Shown: positions 1-12,190 of the stretch, piece after piece
Layout of the letters: each line of letters starts with the position of its first letter
Position numbering within the stretch: the first letter of the stretch is position 1
DNA from: Lama guanicoe
Taxonomy: Eukaryota
NCBI GenBank assembly: GCA_013239625.1
Contig: MU054400.1
Coordinates: 3,721,802-3,785,801, forward strand
Direction of reading: 5' to 3'
DNA length: 64,000 bases
Translations under genes and position numbers: made by a program
Notes under the pieces: generated by a model
Seen by the model: only the letters and a program-made list of their open reading frames with translations
The model's database searches: none
What the model was told of the DNA's origin: nothing

Positions 1-768
1 AAATGCTGGAGAGGCTGTGGAGAAAGGGGAACCCTCCTACACTGCTGGTGGGAATGCAGTTTGGTGCAGCCACTATGGAAAACAGTGTGGAGATTCCTCA
101 AAAGACTAGGAATAGACTTACCATGTGACCCAGGAATCCCACTCCTGGGCTTGTATCCAGAAGGAACCCTACTTCAGGATGACACCTGCACCCCAATGTT
201 CATAGCAGCACTATTTACAATAGCCAAAACATGGAAACAGCCTAAATGTCCATCAACAGGTGACTGGATAAAGAAGATGTGGTATATTTATACAATGGAA
301 TACTACTCAGCCATAAAAACCGACAACATAATGCCATTTGCAGCAACATGGATGCTCCTAGAGAATGTCATTCTAAGTGAAGTAAGCCAGAAAGAGAAAG
401 AAAAATACCATATGAAATCACTCATATGTGGAATCTAAAAAACAAAAACAAAAACAAACAAACAAAAACAAAGCATAAATACAGGACAGAAATAGACTCA
501 CAGACAGAGAATACAGACTTGTGGTTGCCAGGGGGGTGGAGGGTGGGAAGGGATAGACTGGGATTTCAAAATTGTAGAATAGATAAACAAGATTACACTG
601 TATAGCACAGGGAAATATACACAAAATGTTATGATAACTCACAGAGAAAAAAATGTGACAATGAGTGTGTATATGTCCATGAATGACTGAAAAATTGTGC
701 TGAACACTGGAATTTGACACAACACTGTAAAATGATTATGAATCAATAAAAAATGTTAAAAAAAAAAG
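1..768 (+). mobile_element. Young L1 3' end (ORF2 C-terminus, 3' UTR, poly-A), cut by window edge
   Basis: ORF 61-438 ...[24 protein letters not shown]...[13 protein letters not shown] is the L1 ORF2 C-terminus; AATAAA plus A-tail at 745-768. Confidence 0.95.
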
Positions 769-960
769 AAATAAAATAAAATAGATAACCAGCAAAGTCT
801 TACTGTATAGCACAGGGAACTATAATCAACATCTTATAATAACCTATAATGGAAAAGAATGTGAAACACAATAGATTTATATATATATATATATGTTCAA
901 GTTAATCACTTTTACATCTGAAACACTGTAAATCAACTGTACTGCAATTTAAAAAAAAGA
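769..960 (+). mobile_element. Older L1 3' UTR remnant next to the young L1
   Basis: tactgtatagcacagggaac...tgtaaatcaactgtact plus A-tail; same motifs as other L1 3' ends in the window. Confidence 0.75.
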
Positions 961-1644
961 AAGTTTATACCAGAAAATAATACCACCACTAGTGATATTG
1001 TGGTTTACTACAACCTCCATTTCTAGGCTATTATGATGACTGGTTGTAATAATTCTTGCTACCATGTTTTGAGCTTCTGCTCCAGGTCAAACACTGTGCT
1101 AGACCTTTTATAAACATTATCTCATTGAATCTTCGCAGCCACCCTGCAAGGAAGATTCTGCTGTTATTTCCACTTGCTGGCTGAGAAGGCAGGCCCAGAG
1201 AATTCAAATGACTTGCCTAAATCATGCAGTTAAGGAAAATGGGGATTCAAACCCAGGGCTGCTGGACCAGAAGCCCATGTTATTCACAGCTACCCCCGAA
1301 GTCCTCCTGGAGCCTGGAGCTGAGAAACCTCTGCCCTCAAATGGAAAGAACTTTGTACTACATATCTTTAAAAGGCTAAAACTCCAAATGAAAAGGGACT
1401 CTCATTCTTTCCCAGTGGCTGTCTGACTCTCTTTCAAGTGTGTACATCACCTTCTGAACCGGGGGCTCCTAGATTTTCAATATCCACCGTCAGACGTGCA
1501 CTGTGACAGCAAGAGCCTCCCTCCCCCTGGATGCTCAATCAGCTCTTGAATTTGGGGGGGGGAGTGGGAGGGCTAAGATCTTCCATTATGCCCCCCTTTT
1601 CTAGAAGAAGCCATAAAATTGAACCATTAAGAACCAAAGTATAT

Positions 1645-2371
1645 GTTGTTGGGAACATAGTTTGGTGTAGTCACTATGGAAAAAGTATGGAGATTCCTCA
1701 AAAACTAAAAATAGACTTACCACATGACCCAGCAATCCCACTCCTGGGCATATATCTGGAGAGAGCTCTAATTCTAGAAGATACATGCCATGCACCCCAA
1801 TGTTCACAGCAGCACTATTTATAATAGACAAGACATGGAAAACAACCCAAATGCCTATCAACAGATGACTGGATAAAGATGTGGTATATTTATGCAACGG
1901 AATACCATTCAGCCATAAAAAAATAAGAAAATAATGCCACTTGAAGCCACATGGATGGACCTGGAGATTGTCATTCTAAGTGAAGTAAGCCAGGAAGAGA
2001 AAGAAAAATACCGTATGATACCATCATACGTGGAATCTAAAAAAAAGACACAAATGAACTTATTTACAGAACAGAAAGACTCATAGATACAGAAAACTAA
2101 CTTAGGGTTACCAGGCAGAAAGAGGGGTGAGAAGGGATAAATTGGGAGTTTGAGATTTACAGATACTAACTACTATATATAAAATAGATAAACATGTTTC
2201 TACTGTATAGCAAAAGGAATTATAGTCAGTATCTTGTAGTAACCTACAATGAAAAAGAACATGAAAACAAATATGTACGTCTATGACCAAAACACTATGC
2301 TGTACACCAGAAATTGACACAACATTGTACAACATTGTTCCATTTTTTAAAAATGCGAAAAAAAAAAAAAA
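1645..2371 (+). mobile_element. 5'-truncated L1 (degenerate ORF2 end and 3' UTR)
   Basis: Similar to 1-768 with frameshifts; A-tail 2358-2371. Confidence 0.9.
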
Positions 2372-4518
2372 GAATGGAGGTGTAACAGTCACACAGTTCC
2401 CAGCTGAAAGATGTTCCCTCTTGTTTCATACAGAGGCAGATGTTTTTTAGGCAATGTTGGCCAATTACATTTCAAAGAATTCCAAGTCTGTAGTCTCATC
2501 TCCACAACAGCTTACACGCAATGAACCGGCACCTCTGTATCTAGGGGTTGCCCACGGTGATGAGTTCTCTAAAACAAATGGTTCTGTGCAGCACGTCCCC
2601 TGGGGATTCTGCCTACACGATGGGGGAAGCCCGTTCTGCAGGAGTCCGGACCCCATGCGTGTGTACCCAGGCCGAGGCAGGAAGCCCCATGAGCAGCAAT
2701 CACCCGGCAACCTCTCCTCCCCCCTCAAAACACACGCCCACACTGTCACATAATGCACAGAAACATCCAGAAGCTTGGAGGAGTATGAAAAGAGACTAAG
2801 CTTTCCCAGAATTCTGGATTTCACGGACCAGTAAAATTTCAGGCATTTGGGAGACTCAGTGTTAAGAAAACAAAGACACTTAAAAGCAACAACCAAAGTC
2901 TGACGCACGTTAGAAGATACCAGTAACTTGCATCACTACGCCATTTAACGTACAGCCCTCCTATCTTCTTTTACTATCATTTCAAAAAGAAAAAAAATTA
3001 AAAACAAAAATGTAGAAAGGCCAGAGGCTCAGAGTAAAAGAAATTCTTCCTAAGGAAAAAGAAGTTAAATTTTCAGGTAATGACACCCATACACACAGGG
3101 GTGGAGAGGCAGGCACGCACGTACCCAAACCTCCTCGTTTCTCCTCACTCCCCGCAGGTGGGAAAATCCTGCTCTGGCAGCTCCCAGACTTTAGTCGGGC
3201 ACTGAAGCACCACCAGACCAGCACGGACGGTTGTTCTCCCCTTGGCCTGTCCCAGGAGCCCACCTCAGCCCAGGCTCTGAGGCAAGCCTGCGACTCTGCT
3301 GGATCCCCTTCCGCAGCCCAGCCTCCACCCCCAGCTCCTGTCACACTCCTCCTCTCTCATCGGGCAGAGGGCTAGGGTGCCAGACACCTCTGCACACCCT
3401 GCAAACTCCAGGTGGAGTTTCCGCTAAATCTATCCCCTGACAATCAACTCTACTTCCTCCCAAGATGTGTACAGGCCATGAGAAATGTCGAGGTGCCAAC
3501 GTATTCAGCGGAAGGGGATTTCAGGGGCACAGAAAGTGTCACCCCTGTATGAGAAAAGTGAAGAAAAACCAGGAAGCACTTTCCTACAACAGCAGTAAAA
3601 CGGGAACAACTCCCAGAGAAGACATACCCACGTGTGAACACGAGAAAGTGCTCTGCAAGTGAAAACCTCTTCTCACCTTTTAAACCAGCTACACAGGAGG
3701 AGTCTGTGGCTCCACCCAGAGATGATTCATCTCCTGGGACGTGCTAGCCACTAACTTCTGCGAGAACCGAGTCCACCCTCAACATGATGGATCTCAGGAC
3801 ACGATCGCTGCCAATACATCAAGCATTTCACAGAGAGGCACACAGATTCATAAGAACCAAATCCTTCCAGGCAATAAATGGTTCTGAGTTCCATGCACTT
3901 TAGAAAAGAAGGTATCAGTAACTCGCACCATTACACAACTTACCAAACAGGGAAGTGGGGTCCTGCGGTCCCAAGAAAACCAGAAAAAGCAAGACACGTA
4001 AAGTTTAGACACTCTCATCAGCGGAAAGCCCTTCTTTTAATCTGTGCAGGATCTGGTGTTTTTTAAACCTAAAAAGCAGCACTCTTGCGGGCCCTACTTT
4101 CTTCATTAGCATTTATTATTCAGGCGTCAGGGTCTCCTCTCACTATGAGACAGTCAAGGGCACAGACGCCACTCCTCTGTGAGACACAAGTGTGCAGCAC
4201 GGGCCTGGCACAGAGCGGGTACTTAATGCGTGTTTGTAGAAAGTAAGAAAAAAAGTAACGGATGAATCTGAGGCTAACAGTTCCTTTGCCTTTCTCCAAT
4301 TTATCGCCACTGTGAAAGGGTTTCCATCAAACCCACCCAGGGACTGATGGCGAGATGCAGGGCAGCGTGGGGGAGGCGCCCAAAGCTTGATCAAGAGGCT
4401 CATTCTGCACAAACACCTAAATACAAACACAGCTGCTTATGCTCCCACTGAGGAGCGGGTATGCTCGACAGGGTACAAACGGTACTTAGAATTAAGGGGA
4501 AACCCGAGCAGGCCTTGC

Positions 4519-4698
4519 CTTCTCATCCTGGTACAGCTTGTTGACGCTCTCCATCTGAAAGTTGTGGCTGGACTGGATCTTGTCCAGCTGCTCCCGCTGC
4601 TTCTCCAGCTCCCCCTGGAACTCGTTCTTCTTCATCTCCACGGCCCCTCGCTCCGCGGCCGCCCTGCGGACCCTGCCTTCCAGCTCCAAGATCCGTGT
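4519..4698 (-). CDS. GOLM1: GOLM1 second coding exon: luminal coiled coil with RVRR convertase site
   Basis: 180 nt, phase 0/0, TRILELEGRVRRAAAERGAVEMKKNEFQGELEKQREQLDKIQSSHNFQMESVNKLYQDEK. Acceptor cttgcAG at 4700-4699; donor AAG|GCAAGG (GC type). Confidence 0.95.
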
Positions 4699-5002
4699 CT
4701 GCAAGGACATCGCGGTGTGAGGACCACGTCAGGCCGCCCCCAGCCCTGGCCGCCCGCCTGCCTCCCTCAGCAAGGACCACACCGGGGCCCCGAACCGCAT
4801 CGAGCCTCAGACAAGTGTGTCCCGCCTGCATGGTGAGTCCCCAGGGCTCGGTCTTCAGGTCAACTGTGCAAAAGGTCCCACAGGTTAGTCTAGAGAGACG
4901 GGGCTGCATGTGGAGGAATTCACTTATCGGGGCATCTGGGTCTCCACGGAAACGCCACCACACCCCTCGCAGGGATTTTGTGAGGCTTGAATGAGGTACG
5001 TA

Positions 5003-5530
5003 CAGGCACACCTCGATTTATCGTGCTTTGCAGATACTGCATTAAGGATCAAAGGTTTGTGGCAACCGTGCAAGGAGCAAGCCTATCAGCACCACTTTCC
5101 AACAGCACCTGCTCATTTCGTGTCTCTGGGTCACATTCAGATAATTCTCACAATATTCCAAGGATTTTTGTTATTACTATATTTGTCATGGTGATCTGCG
5201 ATCGTGGTCTTTGAGGTTACTTACTCCCAAATCCGGCTGAAGGCTCAGGTGATGATTGGCAACTTTTTTTTTTTTTTTAGCAATAAAGTATTTTTAAACT
5301 AAGGTAGCAGGAGGGCCGGTTAGCTCAGTTGGTTAGAGCGTGGTGCTAATAAATTAAGGTATGTATATTTTTTAAGACATAACACTACTGAACACATAAC
5401 AGACTACAGTATAGTGGAAATATAACTTTTTATGCCCTAGAAAAACAATTTAAAAAACCATGTGACTCACTCTATTGCGCATTTGCTTTACTGTGGCGTC
5501 TGGAACCACCGTATCACCAAGGTGTGCCTG
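5003..5530. mobile_element. Tigger1-derived non-autonomous DNA transposon (Tc1/mariner)
   Basis: Terminal inverted repeats caggcacacct / aggtgtgcctg with TA on both flanks (5001-5002, 5531-5532). Confidence 0.9.
5314..5352 (+). pseudogene. tRNA-Ile(AAT) 5'-half tailless retropseudogene
   Basis: GGCCGGTTAGCTCAGTTGGTTAGAGCGTGGTGCTAATAA matches the recalled first 39 nt of mammalian tRNA-Ile(AAT) and stops in the anticodon loop; flanked by taaactaaggta / taaattaaggta. Confidence 0.9.
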
Positions 5531-6378
5531 TACATAAAATGCCTTCGCTACAAATACCTGACGTGAGCTGGTGCTCAAATATTTAGTTCCGTTTCCTCGT
5601 AACAGAGCACTTAACCACTGTTTATAGGACACAATTTCTGAACACACATTCAGGGCTCAGTGAAAGCTAAGGCACTACACAGTGGGCACGGAAGCCGGAG
5701 GGGGATGGAGCACTGTGACGGGGTGCGCTTCCACGGCTGAGGCCCTGCCATCACAAAGACTGGGTGGGAACCCCAGCTCCCCCCAGACGTAACCTCTCTG
5801 TGCCTCAGTCTGTCCACCTGTGAAACGGGGAACACTAAGCCCCAGCCTGACAGTCTGTGTGCAAAAGATGATGTATGCAACGTACTCTCCAATGAGAGTT
5901 GTTCTGACGCTCGTGAAACGGGTAAGGAAAACCTCCTTCAAGTCGACTGCAACAGGGGTCAGAACAGTCAAACTGTTCTCAACTCTGAGCGCAGCAACGA
6001 CAGCTGAGGACTGCCAGCCAACAAGCAGAGGGAGGGGTCAGTGCGGGGAAGGTACTAACAGGGCAGGGGGAGTCTTGCTAAAGGCAAGGCATCAATGACA
6101 AGAGACACCAGGGACCAGGAGCCTGCTCAGCCATCGGGGGTGGAGGGAGGAGCCAGCAGGACTCTTTGCTAAGCCGGGCTGGGCAGGCCAAAACCAGGAT
6201 GGGGGACCAAGACGGAGGCCTGGTCAGGAAGACGGCGCCTGTCGAGGGTGAGGTCAAGGAGAGCCCCCGTTCTGAGCGACACTGCCAGACCCATGCCAGG
6301 CAGCCAAAAATGGGAACACTAAAATTGCCATTACCAGTAAATGATGGTGACAAAGATTGGTACCTCTAAAAATATTTC

Positions 6379-6492
6379 TTTTGGGTTTTGGTTTTTGCTG
6401 TTATTGTCGTTTTTAAGTGGAGGTACTGGGGATTGAACCCAGGCCCTGGGGCATGCTAAGCACGCATTCTACCACTGAGCTGTACCCACCCC
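6379..6492 (-). mobile_element. tRNA-derived SINE (vic-1 type)
   Basis: Reverse complement of the ..agctcagtggtaga..ctgggttcaatccccagtacc head; ctaaaaa flanks. Confidence 0.9.
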
Positions 6493-6876
6493 GCTAAAAA
6501 CACATTTCTCACACCCATTATCCAAACACATTTCCAACGTCACTCTCTGCTATCAAGTGTGGGCTGGAGGACCAGAACCCAGGACCAGGGTTGTGGGCAT
6601 TGTACTTAAGCAAGCTGTCTTCCCAGAACCAGCCTAAAAGGCTCAACCGAAAATTGTTAACTCACAGGAAAAGCAGAGGGGGTGGCCCAGCTTTAATCCT
6701 AGGAAGTCAGGCCCGGGGCTGGGTGTGGGGCCACACAGAGCCTCAAACTTGCATTACAGTGCGCACACCACCTTCGGTGGCCACAAACGGCAAACTCCTA
6801 AGACCCCACCCCGACCCCACCACCCAGCAACTTTAAATACTCTATGACATCCTCACAAACAAGACCAACAGAACAC

Positions 6877-7005
6877 CTGGAGATCCACGCTCCGGGAGCT
6901 GGCGATCCAGTAGTTGAAGCCCAGGACGATGACACAGGCCACCAGGGCAGCCAGCAGGAGGGGCGGCGACTTCATGCTCCGACGCCCGTTTCCCAGTCCC
7001 ATCAT
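6877..7005 (-). CDS. GOLM1: GOLM1 first coding exon (whole exon 6877-7026): cytoplasmic tail and type II transmembrane anchor
   Basis: Translates MMGLGNGRRSMKSPPLLLAALVACVIVLGFNYWIASSRSVDLQ (43 codons), recognised as the GP73 N-terminus. Acceptor ttattccgcAG at 7028-7027; donor CAG|GTGTTC after 6877. Confidence 0.97.
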
Positions 7006-7564
7006 CTCAGAGGCCGGGCTGAGAATCTGCGGAATAAACACACACACACACACAGGCCTCAGTACAGCATTACCAACCCCCGGGCACGCCACACCCACCA
7101 TCGCAACCAACAGGAAGGCACCCTGCCCCCAAACGGCGTGGCAGGTTCTCCTTGAGATGCGAATCTGTCTCTGTCGGTGGAGAAGACCGTGTCAGTAGCG
7201 CCCACAGAGCCCAGGGACGTGCGCCCTGCGCAGTGCGGCCGGACCCCCGGGCCAGGCTTGCAGGAGCGAGCCCCATCCCAGAAACCCGTCACACACAGGC
7301 TGGAGACCTCGGGCAAGCCACAGGTTCTCTTCTGCTTCCGTTTGCTCATCTGTAAAATGGGGATAATCATAGCCCCTACCTCCCCAGTAGTCTGAGAAAT
7401 CACCATCTCTGCAAGCAGCAACAGCAAATACCAGGGCTTCCACACCACACTAGAAAGACTCCATCTCTCACCGCTCCCCAAGGAAGACTTTGATCTGATT
7501 CCTAACAACAGAGGTTTTTCACCCTTTGACAGAGCTGCCAGTGACACCCAATTTAAGTGTGGAG

Positions 7565-7706
7565 TTTTTTTTTGTTTGTTTTTGTGTTTTTGGTGGGTGG
7601 AAGTAATTAGGTTTACTTATTTATTCTTTGAGGAAGTACTAGGGATTGAACCCAGGACCTCATGCATGCTAAGCATGCGCTCTACCACTGAGCTACACCC
7701 CCCCCC
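7565..7706 (-). mobile_element. tRNA-derived SINE (vic-1 type)
   Basis: Full head with A/B boxes plus tail; approximate TSD aatttaagtgt / aatttcagtgt. Confidence 0.9.
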
Positions 7707-10700
7707 AAATTTCAGTGTTTCTTGAGCAAAGCTGGAAAGCCTCCTGGAGGTGGGTGAAGTCGGGAGGGGTGGGGCCCTGCGGCAGAAATGAGGCATCCGC
7801 CCGGCTTCCTCCGGACACTGCCCTCTCACCTCCAAGCCGCATCTGTGCAGGGACAGAGTTAGGGAGGCGCTTCAAGAGCTGCAGGGAGCATCGAGCTTCT
7901 TCAAAGACACACAAACATGGCTTCCAGGAAAGGAGCTATGTCGTTCGTGTTCCGGGGCTTCAACCACAAACCAGGTGTGGCTGGATCCAGGTGTCTGTCA
8001 GCAAGGACAAGGGAAGTTGACTTTTCCAAATGGCTTCTGCTGAGCCAGACCAAACAGGACCTTATCAGAGGGAGGGCAGCGCACACAATAAACAGTCTCT
8101 CTGGGAACAGGTGTGCTTTTATGCCAGGTGTGGCCAGCAATGCAGGAGGTGGAAGAGAAGGTGAGGGAAACAGGGAGGAGGGGGAAGAAGGACCACCAAG
8201 GACTCAGCTTTGGGTGAGCTTCAAGGGAGAACACAGGAGAGGGGACAGCCGCTCTCACCGACGGTCCTTCTAGCCAGGTGTGTCCCTGGGAGACGTTCTC
8301 TCTCTGCAGGCACGAGTGTGGGAGCCGAGACGGGGATAAGCGAGTGACCTAGTTCAATCTCAATCCAATCACCTAAACCCAAGCACCCCCAGAATTCCTA
8401 TGCATAGACCCGAGGGCTGTCTGGCTTCTGCCGGTGCCTTGCTCACCAGCTTCTGGGCTCTTAGGATGAAAGAAAGTTTTAAATTCAACTACCAGTTGAG
8501 GTCAACAAGCACCGTACACACTAACGGAGACTAATGCTCAGAAACACTAAACTTCTAGAACATTCTATAGATCTGCTGAAAATGTGTCTCCACCACCTCG
8601 CCAGGTTTGATTTTGATCAGTCTTTTTTATTGATTGTAACTTTCTAAAATATAACAGCACAAATACGAGAAAAACGACACATAAAAAAAGGTAAAATTAA
8701 AAGTCCCCCTCTTCCCACTCCAATGGCTGGGAAGTGTCCTCTGTCCCAGCTGCTCTAAGACCTCCAAGGGGGTGAGAATCAACGGGGACGCTTAAGTTAG
8801 CAAGTGGGGCCTCCTTTCTCTATGAAACTTTCTGCCCCTAGTTTTTGGTTGTTGCTGGTGTTTTTAAAATAACCTAACCTTGTCACCCTTCTTTTATGGC
8901 TCTGGGTTTTGTTTATCTTTAGAAAGACACTTCCTACTCTAAGTTTAGACGTACGTTTACCCGCACCTCCTCTCAGCACATCCATGGTTTCATACTTTAT
9001 GGTTTATATTTAAAACTTTCATCCACTTGAAACTCCTTTTTGATGTAAGGAGTAAGGAAATACAAAGAACACAACTCTCCTCTTTTTTGTAAAGGCCAGC
9101 CAGATCTTTCGGCACCTTTCAGTGAAAAACCTATTTTTAATGAGTGCTTTGAAAGGCCATCTTTGTCATACACTTAATTCCCTAACAGCAAACTTAGATG
9201 GACCCTCACCTGACCTGTCATTCCGGCAGATGTAAGCCAGCGTGGGTATACTGTAACTCTGCAATGTAACTCAATTCTCATTTAAGTAAGCATGCGATCA
9301 CCAGTCAATAAAAAACCTAATGGGCCACAAGTGTGGGACAAACGCTGCGCCAGCACCAGGAAGCTCAGGGCAGCGTTAGGAGAACAAACTCTGGAAGCCG
9401 ATGGCCAGTGTCAGATCCTGGCTCCACATCTTAGAAGCCACAGGACCCATATGCACCTCACTGTCTTCCCCAGAGGGTTATTATGAGCAAAGATACGAGC
9501 AGTGCTCACAACCGCATCTGGCACACAGGAACTGCTTGATAAATGTCAACTATTGCTATTAGAGATGGAAAGATGTCTTTCCCTTGTTTTCTAAGGAAAA
9601 GGCGATGAATGTTTTTTTCCCTCAATCCTCTTCCTTTATAGGAACCAGCCATCTCCATTCCCCTTCTTGAGTCGGCTGTCAGCTGGAGCAGCAGTAACTA
9701 CCATCACCTGGACCGACTCACGGACGCTGCAGCAGCAGCAGACGGACCAGATCAGGATCACAGTGTGTAAAGGAGAGCCTCCAGGAAGCTGAGTGCGAGC
9801 ACACGGTCAGCGGGCCCTTGCTGGGACCCGGCGCGGGGCCGGCCGGGTGGGTGTGCAGCCGCCCAGAGGGCGCGGTTAGGACCGCCTGGGCTCCCCGGGA
9901 CAGAGGGCAGCCAGGTAAGGAGGCGGCCACGAGGAGGGCGGGCCTGCCACACGCCTCACCTCGGGTGTCTAGGACTGCAGGGACCCTGCTGATGAGAATA
10001 CAGGGACAGACACAGGCGGGGAATGACAAGCCTGACCAAAACGGAGGGCAGGAACTCAGAGCCAGAGTTCACAGCTGTCAAATATTTCAAACACTCTCCC
10101 TCCTCCACCTTGGAGTTTATGTGGACTGGGAGGGGGGTGATGGAAGTGCATGGGAGACAGGCCATGTCAGATAAAGTCATAATTTAGGCTTCAGAGTGTG
10201 TTTCATCTGGTATTTGATTGTAGTCACCTGACATACTGAAAAAGACTAACCTAAATTAGCTAAACTCTGAAATCCCAGGCTTCGCTGGAGTGAAAAAAAG
10301 TGATGCGTGTCTGCATTAAAAGTCCATTGGAAACTGGAAAAAAAAAACTGGAAAAGTCATAACAGAACTGCAGACTCTTTCTACTGGCTTAATTTAAAAA
10401 GTTTCAGTCTGCTGGTTAAAATTATTGTTTGCTTATAAGACAAAAATTTTTAAGAGATTACTTTGTTTAAAAAAATAAAGAGCATACGTATGAAAATGGA
10501 CAACCGGCCAAATGCGTGAACTTGAGCCTCCTAGTTAAATAAGCTTTTCATTTCCTCACTTTTCACACAGAGGTTTTTAATTATATAGGCAAATATATAC
10601 GAGCAATCAAATCAGATTAGCTTGTCTGACCAATGTCATCACTGCAGAAGCAATACAGCTTCTCCAAACAGTGGGGGAGCCGCACCTTGATTCCATCTCA

Positions 10701-10849
10701 GAGGCAGGAGTCCCCCAGGAAGGCTCAGCACCGAGTTCAGAAGCCACCACCACCAGAAGCAAACAGACCAGAGGATGTCAGGGTCTCTGAATGGCTCAGT
10801 CACCAACAATATTTTTGAGGGTTTAAAAAACATTCTACCCTATCGCAAG

Positions 10850-11085
10850 AATGTCTCCAAGAGACAGATCAGCATACCAAGGCCCACGGGCCATCGGTGG
10901 CCTGTTTTGTAAAAGAGGTTTCACTGAACACAGCCGCGCCCGGCCCCTGAAGAATCACCCACAGCGCCTCCCTGGCTGTAAGGCAGAGTTGAAGAGCTGA
11001 GGCGGGGGTTAGCATAAAGGGTTATTTAAACCAGCTGGAGTATTTACTATCCAGCCACCTAGGGAAAGTTTGTCAACTCCTGCTC
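10850..11085. mobile_element. hAT MER58A-like DNA transposon
   Basis: ggcccacgggcc..gcctgttttgtaa..tatttactatc..aaagtttgtcaactcctg pattern. Confidence 0.6.
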
Positions 11086-11294
11086 TAAACCATCAGGGTT
11101 AAATGACAAGTCCATTGCATTCTCCTTAAATTGCTTTAAAAACTTACTAGGATACACTAGGATTAACACATAATGAATCAGTGACTTCAATTAAAAAAAA
11201 AAATTTTTTTACCAGGAAGTTGATTCTTTCACTTTCCCTACCCTCTATTTTTCCTGTTCTGAAAGCTGATAGTTTAGAAAGAAAAAACTTTTAA

Positions 11295-11510
11295 CAACAT
11301 GGTAACTATAGTTAACAATATGATATTGCATACTTGAAAACTGCTAAGTGAGTAGACCTTAAAAGTTCACATAACAAGAAAAACATCTTGTAACTATGCA
11401 TGGTGACGGACTGTGGTGAGCATTTCACAACAGAAGCAAATACTGAATCATTACTTCATACACCTGTAACTAATAAAATGTTAGACTAATTATATTCAAT
11501 AAAAATCTTT
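11295..11510 (+). mobile_element. Old L1 3' UTR fragment
   Basis: aacatggtaactatagttaacaat..ctgctaagtgagtagacct.. typical of L1MA/MB ends. Confidence 0.7.
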
Positions 11511-11717
11511 TTTAAAAGAAAAAGCTTTCAAAATTAATGTGCATATTTAGTGTCATGCAGTGGAAATACCAAAAAATGAGATGGATGAGTGATAATGAGG
11601 AAGGAGAACCAAATTCCACTGTGTTTTTTTTCCCAGCACTTGATTTTCTGAAGAAAGGCCACCTCCCCTATGGATGCCAAGATTACAGCTTGGAGGCGTT
11701 CCCAAATTATTCTAGTT

Positions 11718-12016
11718 CAGGAGTTGGCAAAATCCTGCCAGCCACCTGTTTCTGTACACTGCCTGTAAGCTTAGATTTTGTTTCTTAATGGTTGAAAAAA
11801 TTAAAAGAATAGTGTTTCATGCCATATGAAAAGCACATGAAATTAAAATTTGAGTGTCCAAAAATAAATGTTTATCAGGACACAGCCAGGCCCATTCATT
11901 CACGCATTGCCCACAGCTGTCAGGCTGCAAGAACTGAGCAGCTGGGACACCGCCCGCGGGGCCCACAAACCTAAACTATCACCCGGCCCTTGACAGAAAT
12001 GGCTTGCCGACCCCCG
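11718..12016. mobile_element. hAT MER58B-like DNA transposon
   Basis: caggagttggcaaa start and ttgccgaccccc end resemble inverted termini. Confidence 0.65.
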
Positions 12017-12024
12017 CTGGAGCT

Positions 12025-12190
12025 CAGTGGTCCTCAAACTGCAGACCCTGAGCCAGCAGCATCAGCACCGCCTGGGATGTCAGAAATGCAAGTGTTCTGT
12101 CCCCCCTCCCCCTCCCCAGACGCACCAAGTCCGAGACTCAGGGTGTGTGTTTAAAAGCTGATGATGAAGGTCAACACTGAGAACCGCTGT
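12025..12190. mobile_element. MER5A-like DNA transposon
   Basis: cagtggtcctcaaa...tgagaaccgctg termini; internal cagcagcatcagca and agaaatgca. Confidence 0.65.

Noticed and set aside
61..438. 125-aa ORF and similar ORFs at 23878 and 36071
   Set aside because: L1 ORF2 C-terminal fragments, not host genes.
5314..5352. Functional tRNA-Ile gene
   Set aside because: The 3' half including the B box is absent.
6379..7706. SINEs flanking GOLM1 exon 2 as circRNA drivers
   Set aside because: Both are in the same orientation, so they cannot pair.
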